Below, piece by piece: positions 31,525 to 40,417 of a stretch of DNA of 64,000 nucleotides. This stretch comes from Sedimentisphaerales bacterium (lineage in GTDB: Bacteria > Planctomycetota > Phycisphaerae > Sedimentisphaerales > SM23-30), in NCBI GenBank assembly GCA_963663965.2, contig CAXXFK010000025.1, forward strand, positions 64,001 to 128,000. The letters are read 5' to 3'. Each line of letters begins with the position of its first letter. Position 1 is the stretch's first letter. The translations under genes were made by a program, and so were the position numbers. The notes under the pieces were generated by a model that searched no databases, had not been told where the DNA came from, and worked only from the letters and a program-made list of their open reading frames with translations.

Positions 31525-31552
31525 AAAGGCGGTCTGATGGCCGTCTTTTTTA
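31525..31552 (+). terminator. Intrinsic terminator
   Basis: aaaggcggtc-tgat-ggccgtcttt followed by a T-run, just after the GH2 stop. Confidence 0.7.
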
Positions 31553-32233
31553 TTGCGCGGAGCGAACCAGATATTATGATGGCTTGACCTGAGGGGCGGC
31601 TGGGGGGGTATGCTTTTGAATTATGGTTCGGTAAAATGCCGTAATTATCTTTATAGTAGATTGTTATGCGGCAAAAAATTTTTTTTGGGTTCGTTTAGTT
31701 TGGGGGTGTCAATGGGTAGTTGGAGTTATGAGCCGGTGGATTGATGTTGGGTTTACTGGTGGCTATGGGGTTGGGCGGCCAGGCGCCTATGGTTGATATG
31801 GCCGGGTATATGGCCGGTGGGGGTGTTAAAATAGGCAGGATTGGCTTCGTTTGGCATAGGGGTGAGGGGGGCAGACGAGGCGGCACTCATTGGGCGGCCC
31901 AGTGGATGTACCGAGTTATTGTATTATAGCAATAAGTTTGCTAGATGTCAAAATAATTATTTAATATTGTGTTTAGAAAATTTTTGGATTGTGTGTGGTC
32001 GGGTGTGGGCGGGCCAGGCGCGGTGGGATTGGAGTTGACGGGAGCGGGCGGGGTGATATGATGGAGGGAGGTAAATAAGATTGATTTTAGAACTGGATTG
32101 AGTGGCTGATATGGAAAGAGTTCAAGACAGGGATATTCTGATGGTTAGGGGAGGGGGAAGAAGCGGACTGTTCGGGTGTTGTCTTATGGAAGCTTGTACG
32201 ATGAAGCGCTGAGTTTTGTCGAATGATATTATG

Positions 32234-32342
32234 AAGAAAATATTTTAGACAGGATCATCCCGATAGCCATCGGGACTTTCAGCTCATTGACAGGATGGAT
32301 CAGAAAGACGTGACAGAAAAAATCATTGGGTGCGCTTATCGG
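32234..32342 (+). repeat. Junction repeat copy 1: GACAGGAT leader plus N-terminal remnant of a GxxExxY gene
   Basis: aagaaaatattttagacaggat-catcccgatagccatcgggactttcagctcat-tgacaggatggatcag. ATG 32295 reads MDQKDVTEKIIGCAYR, the typical start of GxxExxY proteins, after which similarity stops. Confidence 0.75.
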
Positions 32343-32423
32343 ATATCGCCCGGCTTAATAGTGTGGGGAATTGAATGGATAATAATAGAATAATGTACAT
32401 GTGAATATTTATGCGGTGTTTCT

Positions 32424-32906
32424 ATGAAAAAATATAATTATATAAAACAAGCCATCGTGTTAGTGATTGTTGTGGCGGGTATTTTAGTTTTATTGAATTT
32501 TATTGGCGTAACAGAAAGGCCAGGTAGTATTCAGCCGTCGTTGGTAGATAATGAACTTATCTTCAAAATTAAATATGGTACAACAAATGGATTGCTCAAG
32601 CTCATAATTAGAGATGCCGAAACGAACAGTATTGTTTGGGATATCAATTTAAATTATTTCTATGGGGATAAATTGGCATATGGCGAAATACCTAAAGAAT
32701 TTGAAACTGACAATGGCGTAATCAATAATGCCAAGCAAAATATTCCTGCGGATGGCAAGCCTGTTGATTTGGTTGAGGGAAAAGTATATGAAATATATTC
32801 TGACTGGCAATATGATGCCTTTATTTCAGCGTTCGTTGGTAGTAGAGAGGAATACTTTAAGATAGAAAAAAATAATATTGTATTTGTAGAACGGACCAAT
32901 AATTGA
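32424..32906 (+). CDS. Hypothetical membrane-anchored protein (cassette 1, putative immunity protein)
   Basis: AT-rich ORF with one N-terminal TM helix. Shares a W-D-[IL]-N, YG..P, A.Q pattern with 33297 and 34774. Confidence 0.7.
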   Translation: MKKYNYIKQAIVLVIVVAGILVLLNFIGVTERPGSIQPSLVDNELIFKIKYGTTNGLLKLIIRDAETNSIVWDINLNYFYGDKLAYGEIPKEFETDNGVINNAKQNIPADGKPVDLVEGKVYEIYSDWQYDAFISAFVGSREEYFKIEKNNIVFVERTNN

Positions 32907-32912
32907 AATTAA

Positions 32913-33100
32913 TTATGCCCTAGACCACCGCATCGAGATGCGGGTGAGGTGGTGGATACTGTGACGCGCTATTACTTCAATGACCGCTGGCAGGTGGTGA
33001 TGGAGATTGTCGAGATTTTAAAGAAAAATATTTTAGACAGGATCATCCCGATAGCCATCGGGACTTTTAGCTCATTGACAGGATGGATCAGAAAAAAGTG
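32913..33100 (+). repeat. Junction repeat copy 2: RHS-core remnant plus GACAGGAT leader
   Basis: Translates YALDHRIEMRV / (frameshift) EVVDTVTRYYFNDRWQVVMEIVE, like the RHS core YDALGRRIEK...TRYYY..WQV.EE. Then attttaaagaaaaatattttagacaggat...tgacaggatggatcagaaa. Confidence 0.8.
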
Positions 33101-33296
33101 ATGGATAATAATGCGTTATACAACGACAAGCTGTGCTTGACCGGTGCCATTCGTGACAGGTTGTCGAGGTTACCCGGCCGCGCTTTGGGTTGGGGAATGA
33201 AGTCTTTGACACACTGCCATTATTCTTTGGGTATGCCCCAATCCAAGTTTGGGTTATCAGACCTGTATTTCATCAGGTTTAGGAACGAGTTCTAAT

Positions 33297-33755
33297 ATGC
33301 TAATTAAATGGTTTAAAATTTTGATTGTTACAATATTGTGTTGCGTTATATTTGTTTTAATTTGGCTAATAGGTATTATGCCATATCATGGGGTCAATAT
33401 AGACATATTATCTAATCCCAATTTAGTGATATCCATGAAGCCATATGGCACGAGATTCAGAGGCATTAATTCCGTCATATTTAAGAGTATGAATGATATT
33501 GAATTATGGACAGTAGATTATCATCTAGGTGGAGCTGATAGCGCTTTGGAATATGGGATAACTCCTGAAGGTTGTGATCAGAGAGCTGAGGCGAAACAAT
33601 TAGAAGATGAGATGTTGGTAATAGTTCAGATATATGGCTATTGGCCTATTCCTTGTATTGATGCAGAAGTATTTTGTATTAAAAGAAATACCGATGGACA
33701 TTATGAAATCGATAAGAGAATTACAAAAAAATACAAAGGTCTAAATCTGCCCTAG
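33297..33755 (+). CDS. Hypothetical membrane-anchored protein (cassette 2, putative immunity protein)
   Basis: ATG 33297 directly after TAA 33293-33295. N-terminal TM helix. Clear paralog of 34774-35235. Confidence 0.7.
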   Translation: MLIKWFKILIVTILCCVIFVLIWLIGIMPYHGVNIDILSNPNLVISMKPYGTRFRGINSVIFKSMNDIELWTVDYHLGGADSALEYGITPEGCDQRAEAKQLEDEMLVIVQIYGYWPIPCIDAEVFCIKRNTDGHYEIDKRITKKYKGLNLP

Positions 33756-33838
33756 ATCTAACAAGTTGAAATAACGCCATTTTTATTAAAGCTAATAAGA
33801 GTTGTAAGTCTATGGCAATGGGATTGATGAATAAATTT

Positions 33839-33911
33839 AGAAAAATAATTTAGACAGGATGACAGGATGGATCAGAAAATAGTGACTGAAAATTTATAGG
33901 GTACGCTTATC
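33839..33911 (+). repeat. Junction repeat copy 3: GACAGGAT leader plus degenerate GxxExxY start
   Basis: agaaaaataatttagacaggatgacaggatggatcagaaaatagtgactgaaaatttatagggtacgcttatc aligns with copy 1 with a one-base deletion. Confidence 0.75.
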
Positions 33912-33928
33912 TGTCAGGATATTGTGTT

Positions 33929-34483
33929 GTGATAATGAAAAGAAAATATGTAATCATTGTACTAATAATTTTGACGATATGGATCGTCTGGTATGAGATT
34001 CAATTTAATACTTTTTTGAAAAGATATGATATATTTTACGATGGTGGAAAGCTCAGATTTGTTGGCAGTGGACACTCAAAATTTGACATAACAATTTATG
34101 GTGTCGATATTACCGGTTATAAAAATTCTGATATCAGATTGAATTTCAATAACCTTGATATTCCCATTAATGATATTAGCCGGGAACAAATCAAAGAGTT
34201 ATTAGATGCTCAGCCGGACATTGGCTATGAGATAAATACGGATGGGACTATTGCCATTGGAACAAAATATTTAAATGGATACCTGATCCATGATTTTACG
34301 ATTTATTTGACCGATGAAGAATTTACTGTCAGCGTCAGTCTGGAACATAATAAAACTAATACTAATCAGTGTATTTTGATCATGCCTGATAAGCCCACGA
34401 TTGGTATTCCGATTAAAAGGAGTGAATTGATTAAAAAAATGGGAAAACCGGAAGAACAGTCAATCACGAGAGAATTTCCATAA
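33929..34483 (+). CDS. Hypothetical membrane-anchored protein (cassette 3)
   Basis: AT-rich 184-aa ORF with one N-terminal TM helix and C-terminal ELIKKMGKPE. No family recognised. Confidence 0.7.
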   Translation: MIMKRKYVIIVLIILTIWIVWYEIQFNTFLKRYDIFYDGGKLRFVGSGHSKFDITIYGVDITGYKNSDIRLNFNNLDIPINDISREQIKELLDAQPDIGYEINTDGTIAIGTKYLNGYLIHDFTIYLTDEEFTVSVSLEHNKTNTNQCILIMPDKPTIGIPIKRSELIKKMGKPEEQSITREFP

Positions 34484-34505
34484 TTTATAATAATAGTGCC
34501 TTAAG

Positions 34506-34608
34506 ATGACGCAGTATTATTACTATGGCCGCTGGCAGATGGTGATGGAGATCGTTGAGATTTTAAAGAAAATATTTTAGACAGGATGACAGGATTGACA
34601 GGATGGAT
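34506..34608 (+). repeat. Junction repeat copy 4: RHS-core remnant plus GACAGGAT x3
   Basis: Translates MTQYYYYGRWQMVMEIVE, then attttaaagaaaatattttagacaggatgacaggattgacaggatggat. Confidence 0.8.
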
Positions 34609-34773
34609 ATACAATATGAGACATGCGGCAAGATTGAGGTGTTATATGGGGATGGATTGGCTGGAACAGCCGTTAGTTACCACGGAATACACGGACCACG
34701 CGGAAGAAAACAGAGGAGAAAGAAGCGTTGTGTTTTGGCGATTGGATGTTAATAAACTAATAATCAGGTAGAG

Positions 34774-35235
34774 GTGGCTATGAAAGGCAAGACGATATGG
34801 ATAATAGTTGGTATATTTATAATATCAACCATTTTGTATTATTGTTTTAAATCTTCATATTATGGTGTGGATATGACAGTGATCGATGCCTCAAAACCTG
34901 TTTTTGAGTTCAGGCAATATGGAATATCGAAACAAGGATTATGTTCAATGCATTTTGAAACAATTGACAGAACAATGCTCTGGGATTTAAACATTATCAA
35001 TGCTCCTTCGAGTATACAAATGACCTATGGCATTGTGCCAGATGATGCTGAACAGTTACAAGAACCACTTGATTTGCCGCCGGAAGAGATATGGGTTTTT
35101 GTTGAAGGGATTTTTGATGTTCCGATTCCGGTAATTGCAACCGAGTCATATCGCATCAAGAAAATCGAAGGACAATATGTTATTACTAAACGAACTTCGG
35201 GTATATTCAAGCCGATCAACCTGGCAGGATTATGA
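34774..35235 (+). CDS. Hypothetical membrane-anchored protein (cassette 4, putative immunity protein)
   Basis: N-terminal TM helix. YYGVD...YG...LWDLN...YGIVP..AEQ...PIP...KRT...NL aligns with 33297-33755. Confidence 0.7.
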   Translation: MAMKGKTIWIIVGIFIISTILYYCFKSSYYGVDMTVIDASKPVFEFRQYGISKQGLCSMHFETIDRTMLWDLNIINAPSSIQMTYGIVPDDAEQLQEPLDLPPEEIWVFVEGIFDVPIPVIATESYRIKKIEGQYVITKRTSGIFKPINLAGL

Positions 35236-35429
35236 GCCGGAGGTGAATTCGACGGAGTTGCCGGAACAGCCGGTTATTACCACCGAGGTCGTCGAGTTCA
35301 CAGAGGGTCCCAATGGTGTTTTGACTGTGAATGAGTTATTTGCTTTAGCGGCCGATCCGAACGATTCATTGGGTGCGCTGCTGGATCCCAATAGTATGGG
35401 ACTGATTGGGTAGTGTCAAGAATCTTTCG

Positions 35430-37365
35430 GTAGCGCCAGGTAACTGGCAAGGAGTAGCGGATGCAAGAGCCGTACAATGAAGGTTTAGCAAACCACATTG
35501 GCCCCGAGTCATGTGGGCATACCGGTAACGGTATGCTTGAAGCGTTGACAGGGGAAGATGCGGGCTGGGTATTGAGCCGCGTAAGTTTGTACATTATAGA
35601 ACGGAGTGCCGACGCTGTCGAAAATGTCGGAAGGCAACACCGGATGTCTTATTATCGCGAGAGACATTCCGGACTCCGCGCGGTCGAAGACCCCAGGCAC
35701 GCATGGACACTTCTTGCACAGGAACTGGGAGATCCCTTGTTTGGCCTCAGGACACATTATCCTGTGGTCCGCACAGAAAATCCAATTGGAGTACTGCTGT
35801 GATGAACGAACAGGGGAAGTCGGACAGGCCCATAGTACCTAAGAAGTTCTCGAACAAAGAGGCTGGTTGCCATGCCTTGGCGGAGAGGATAGAGGGAAGG
35901 GGCCTGACCAAGGGCAATTCGTCTCTACTGCACAAGTGCCGGACACCGGGCCGGGAAAGCTTGCCAAACGCATTAGAACGAATACGACAGGCAGCCACCC
36001 GGGATAAACAGCTAAAGTTTACTTCCCTGTGGCATCATGTCTATCATGTCGACCACCTGAGAGAAGAATTCTATCGCATTAAGCGGCAGGCTTCCCCGGG
36101 TGTGGACGACCAGACATGGCAAGAGTATGAGGCCGGGTTAGAGAACAATCTCAATAGCCTGGCAGAACGACTGAGAAAGGGGGCATATCGGGCAAAACCG
36201 GTAAGGCGGGTATTCATCCCCAAACCGGATGGACGCCAGCGTCCCATTGGTATTACTACCATTGAGGATAAAATCGTCCAGCGTAGCACGACTACGGTAT
36301 TGAACGCTATTTATGAGGCTGACTTCAAAGGCTTCTCCTATGGCTTTCGTCCCGGTCGCAGTGCTCACAACGCCTTAGATGCTCTCTATGTCGGCATACT
36401 CAAGCGTAAGATAAACTGGGTACTCGACGCTGACATCAGCGGCTTCTTTGATGCCATCGATCACGATTGGCTGATTAGATTCGTCGAGCACCGAATCGGA
36501 GACCCGCGAGTAGTACGGCATATCAAGAAATGGTTGAATGCTGGAGTCGTGGAAGAAGACAAACTTCTGCAGATCAAGGAAGGCACCCCGCAAGGTGGGA
36601 GCATATCGCCATTGCTGGCGAATATCTACCTTCATTATGTATTTGATCTGTGGGCTGACCAATGGCGAAAGCGTAACGCCAAAGGGCATATGATTATCGT
36701 TCGATATGCTGACGATATCGTTGTCGGATTCCAATATCAATCGGATGCCAATAGATTTCATACGGACCTGCAGAATCGATTTGGCAAGTTCAAGTTGAAG
36801 CTTCATCCGGCCAAAACCCGGCTCATTCAGTTCGGCCGCTATGCGACAGAACGAAGGACTACTCAAGGTAAAGGCAAGCCTGAGACATTCGACTTTCTTG
36901 GCTTTACGCACATCTGTTCCAAGTCAAGTAAAGGTCGGTTTATGTTGCTCCGGTTGCCGATGAGAAAGCGGGTGCAGGCCAAGCTAAAGGAAATCAAGGA
37001 ACAGCTCAAATACCGGCGCTATACCTCGATTCCGGAGATGGGCCAGTGGCTTCACTCTGTTATCAGCGGCTGGTACCGATACTACGCCGTTCCTAATACA
37101 TCTCGCTATCTTGGCACCTTTCGCCGTAGGGTCGCCTGGCTTTGGTTCAGAGCGTTAAGAAGACGCAGTCAACGAAGCCGCATGACCTGGAGGCGAATGT
37201 ACCAACTGATAGCAAGATGGCTTCCGCAGCCTAAAATTCTGCATCCGTACCCCCAGGCACGCTTACAAGCTGCTCGTTATGACCCGAGGTAGGAGCCGTA
37301 TGCGGTAGTTCCGCTCGTACGGATCTGTGCGGGGGGCTGGGAGTAATCCCAGTCCCTACCGCGAC
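35430..37365 (+). mobile_element. Group II intron (probably bacterial class E-like, IIB)
   Basis: Domain V gagccgtatgcggtagttccgctcgtacggatc at about 37293, domain VI ending ...ccctaccgcgAC at 37365. Removing 35430-37365 restores the IS TIR. Candidate EBS1 cgaaaa at 35619-35624. Confidence 0.9.
35802..37292 (+). CDS. ltrA: Group II intron reverse transcriptase/maturase without HNH domain
   Basis: PGVD, IPKPDGRQRPIGI, SYGFRPGRS, DADISGFFD, GTPQGGSISPLLANIYL, RYADD, FDFLGF and maturase X domain. Start MNEQGKSD at 35802 preferred over 35703. Confidence 0.95.
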   Translation: MNEQGKSDRPIVPKKFSNKEAGCHALAERIEGRGLTKGNSSLLHKCRTPGRESLPNALERIRQAATRDKQLKFTSLWHHVYHVDHLREEFYRIKRQASPGVDDQTWQEYEAGLENNLNSLAERLRKGAYRAKPVRRVFIPKPDGRQRPIGITTIEDKIVQRSTTTVLNAIYEADFKGFSYGFRPGRSAHNALDALYVGILKRKINWVLDADISGFFDAIDHDWLIRFVEHRIGDPRVVRHIKKWLNAGVVEEDKLLQIKEGTPQGGSISPLLANIYLHYVFDLWADQWRKRNAKGHMIIVRYADDIVVGFQYQSDANRFHTDLQNRFGKFKLKLHPAKTRLIQFGRYATERRTTQGKGKPETFDFLGFTHICSKSSKGRFMLLRLPMRKRVQAKLKEIKEQLKYRRYTSIPEMGQWLHSVISGWYRYYAVPNTSRYLGTFRRRVAWLWFRALRRRSQRSRMTWRRMYQLIARWLPQPKILHPYPQARLQAARYDPR

Positions 37366-37469
37366 CACATTTTTTATTAGTCTTTCATCTGGTAGAGTCT
37401 TTCAATGGAGGAGGGAGGGACAACTCCCTGCCCTGCCTCCCCGAGGGGAGGCAAAAATTTATCGGACGA

Positions 37470-38711
37470 TCATGCCATGACCACCTCCTCTTTTTCAGCT
37501 TTTTTCTCCTTCTCCAACTCATACAAATGATCCATATTCAAATAACGCCTCGTACCCCATTGGGTGCCGGCAATATGTCTCAGGCGGGCCGTGGCCAGCA
37601 TCAGGGCCGAGTGACCATCCGGGAAATTGCCCACCACGCGCGTACGACGACGAATCTCACGCATGATCCGCTCCAGTGGATTATTGGTTCGCAACTGCCG
37701 CCAGTGCTTGTCGGGATATTGATAGTAAGTGAGTGTTTCGAGATAGCTTTCCTGGACCAATTCAGCGGCCTTGCCCAGTTTCATCTCCCGCAATTTGACA
37801 ATCACTTGCTCGGCCTTCTGGATCGCCGCCTGGCGGTCTTCCTGGGCATGGATGGCCTTGAGCATGGCCGCTACCTCTCGCACCTTCTTGCGCGGCACAT
37901 GACTGAACACGTTGCGATACCAGTGGACCGTGCAGCGCTGCCAGTCGGCCTCCGGAAAAACCTCGGCCAGCGCGTCCACCAGACCCAGGCATTTGTCGGA
38001 AACAAACAGGCGAACGCCCTGCAGGCCGCGGCGCTTTAAATCGCGTAAGAAACCGCCCCAACCGGCTTTATCCTCTTTGGCGCCCTCGCAGGAACCCAGC
38101 ACTTCGCGATAGCCCTCCTGATCGACGGCAATGGCCACCAGAATCGAAACATTCTTGACTTCGCCGCCCCAGCAACGTTTCAAAACGATGCCGTCCAGAT
38201 AGACATAGGGATACGACCCTTCCAGTTTGCGGTTGCGCCATTGGTCGATCTGTTGATAGACTTTCTGATTCAGATTGCTGATGGTGCCCGCACTGACACG
38301 GGCGCCCCACAGGCTTTCGGCGATGTCTTCGATACGCCGGACCGAAACGCCGGCCAGATACATCTCGATCAGGGCCTCTTCTACCGAAGACTCCCGGCGT
38401 TTATAGCGCTCGATGATGGCGGTTTCAAAGGTCGTTTTTCGCAGCTTGGGCATCTTCAAATTCACTTCGCCGGTCGTCGTATGAAACTTACGCGGATAAT
38501 AGCCCGCCCGGGTATCGGTGCGGGCCTGGGTATGTTCATAACGCTGGGCGTTGCAGAGCTGGTCCGCCTCGGCGTCCAGCAGGGCATTGAGCGTGTCTTC
38601 CACACTCTGGCGCACCATCTGGCCCAACTGATCCTTCATCTGGGATTGGTCGATTTTTAAAATTTGGTTCAAGTTCCTAACGTCACTGGTCGATTCTTCT
38701 GTTTGACTCAT
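37470..38711 (-). CDS. IS256-family (Mutator-like) DDE transposase
   Basis: IEMYLAGVSVRR, YVYLDG, GYREVLG, LFVSDK, WQRCTVHWYRN, RTNNPLERIMREIRRRTRVVGNFP. RBS AAAGGA precedes ATG at 38711. Confidence 0.95.
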   Translation of the reverse strand: MSQTEESTSDVRNLNQILKIDQSQMKDQLGQMVRQSVEDTLNALLDAEADQLCNAQRYEHTQARTDTRAGYYPRKFHTTTGEVNLKMPKLRKTTFETAIIERYKRRESSVEEALIEMYLAGVSVRRIEDIAESLWGARVSAGTISNLNQKVYQQIDQWRNRKLEGSYPYVYLDGIVLKRCWGGEVKNVSILVAIAVDQEGYREVLGSCEGAKEDKAGWGGFLRDLKRRGLQGVRLFVSDKCLGLVDALAEVFPEADWQRCTVHWYRNVFSHVPRKKVREVAAMLKAIHAQEDRQAAIQKAEQVIVKLREMKLGKAAELVQESYLETLTYYQYPDKHWRQLRTNNPLERIMREIRRRTRVVGNFPDGHSALMLATARLRHIAGTQWGTRRYLNMDHLYELEKEKKAEKEEVVMA

Positions 38712-38902
38712 AGTCAGTCCTTTCATTTGGTGGTAGGTTTCGGTTTCAAAAACTTCATCGACCAGATGAAGGACTGTTTTTACGGTGTCCTATAATATGT
38801 GCGAAAAATATTTTACCTTATCACTGATTGCTGCTGATACAGGGATATCAGTTATAAAAAATGTAGTGCAATACAGTAAAAAAACAATCTAGGAAAATTA
38901 AT

Positions 38903-39301
38903 ATGAAGATTGGGAATCAAAAAGTCTTTAGTGTTATTTTGTTAGTTGGTTTAGCTACAATAGTTTATATGTTAATTAAATCAAATGGAAACAATGAAAA
39001 CGATGAATTAGTAGAGACGATGTCGATATATGTAATTGAAAAGAATCCTAACAAAGTGTCTGAGATACCAATTAAATTTCATAAAGAAGATAAAATTACA
39101 AATACCGTGTGGATTGAATGTAACATAAAAGATAAAGGCAATGCTTATTATAAGGCTACAGAAGGATCATCATTTTCATTAGATGAAAATCCTGATTTAA
39201 CCAATAAACCGATTGATATAAATCTGTGTTTATTAAAAAATGAAGACGATAAAATTATTGTAGGTACAACTTTTGGATTATCATTGGAAGTAATTAAATA
39301 A
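38903..39301 (+). CDS. Hypothetical membrane-anchored protein (cassette 5)
   Basis: Very AT-rich 132-aa ORF with one N-terminal TM helix and AGGA RBS; followed by junction repeat copy 5. Confidence 0.7.
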   Translation: MKIGNQKVFSVILLVGLATIVYMLIKSNGNNENDELVETMSIYVIEKNPNKVSEIPIKFHKEDKITNTVWIECNIKDKGNAYYKATEGSSFSLDENPDLTNKPIDINLCLLKNEDDKIIVGTTFGLSLEVIK

Positions 39302-39317
39302 ATTATGTGCCAGATAG

Positions 39318-39467
39318 TTACAACAATGACCGCTGGCAGATGGTGATGGAGATTTTCGAGTATTTAAAGAAAAATATTTTAGACAGGATCATCCCGATCC
39401 CGATGGCTCGGGATTTCGCTTTGCTCAATATCCGGGACTTTCAGCTTATTGACAGGATGGATCAGGA
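39318..39467 (+). repeat. Junction repeat copy 5: RHS-core remnant plus GACAGGAT leader with doubly nested palindromic insert
   Basis: Translates YNNDRWQMVMEIFE, then tatttaaagaaaaatattttagacaggat-catcccgatcccgatggctcgggatttcgctttgctcaatatccgggactttcagcttat-tgacaggatggatcag. Confidence 0.8.
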
Positions 39468-40025
39468 ATTGCTGGGAATTTATGTAACGCAAAGGCGCAG
39501 GGTTGGGATGAGTTGATTGCCACTGATACGAGGATACAGGGATTTTTGCCGAAGATTCTGGTAATGCGTGTGACAGCTTCGGCGGCGGGGTGGCGTTCTT
39601 TCGGCTCCTCCTGAGGCGGATCTTCGACTTTCGGGCCTTTTGCGGGGGTCAATTTTTTCCGAATAAAAACACGCTGAAGGGCCTGTTGCCCAAAAGTAAA
39701 TCAAGCATCTCTGCTTGACATTTAGTCATTCCAAACGTGGTTTTTAAGCTGATAATCGGGTTAATGTCATAATCAAAACAACACTCTTAAGTTAAATTGG
39801 CTTTAAGCAACATGCCCTGAAGCGTGAACTCCGAACGGGCCAGAGACTGACAGCCCACCGGGCTTCAGTTGTGCAGATGTGAGTATTATTAATATTGTGA
39901 GAGGAGGGTGTGATGTATTATAATAAACAGGATGGGCGGAATTCAGGCTGTCTAGCCATTTAGAGAGACAGTACTTGTTTTTTAGGAGTAATTGTGATAA
40001 TTATAAATAGAATAGCATACTTTAT

Positions 40026-40325
40026 ATGCATAGCAATATGAACAATAAAAAACTGATATTATTAATATTGATTATAGATGCCATCCTTATTGGTATTACC
40101 GGGATTTTAGTGTCAAATAAAGAATATAGTTCGATGATGATGCAGTCAGTTTTCGCATTTCTGGCCGGTATTGTGCAAATTATTCTTTGCATTTCCGGCC
40201 TCATAGTCAACAGGCGCTTTTATAATAAGGGGGCGATATTATTTTATATCCTGCATATAATTATCACGCTGGTTTTTGTAAATATTTCAGATAGCGGATA
40301 TTTTTACCATAAATATGGACACTAA
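40026..40325 (+). CDS. Small three-TM membrane protein (cassette 6)
   Basis: AT-rich 99-aa ORF with three hydrophobic helices. Confidence 0.6.
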   Translation: MHSNMNNKKLILLILIIDAILIGITGILVSNKEYSSMMMQSVFAFLAGIVQIILCISGLIVNRRFYNKGAILFYILHIIITLVFVNISDSGYFYHKYGH

Positions 40326-40417
40326 GAAAGAGGATAGGATTGTGCCTAATGATGATAAAGAATGGAGTGATAGGAATAAATACGAGGAACAGAAAGTTAT
40401 AGTGCCAAGGAGTTATT

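Larger units (their letters stand above)
35409..38822 (-). mobile_element. IS256-family insertion sequence carrying a group II intron in one terminal inverted repeat
   Basis: Direct repeat ACTGATTG at 35401-35408 and 38823-38830. TIRs GGTAGTGTCAAGAATCTTTCG|CACAT (rejoined across the intron) and GATAAGGTAAAATATTTTTCGCACAT (reverse complement of the right end) match at 19 of 26 positions. Confidence 0.9.

Noticed and set aside
35461..35802. 113-aa ORF upstream of the RT
   Set aside because: Lies within the structured intron RNA domains I-III and is most likely incidental.
35802..37292. DGR, retron or defence-associated reverse transcriptase
   Set aside because: It has GTPQGG/YADD, a maturase domain and is followed by group II intron domains V and VI. 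No TR/VR pair was seen.
39307..39516. Small ORFs over the junction repeats (39307-39516, 33083-33295, 34586-34771, 35135-35413)
   Set aside because: Chimeric translations of repeat and remnant sequence; treated as remnants rather than genes.
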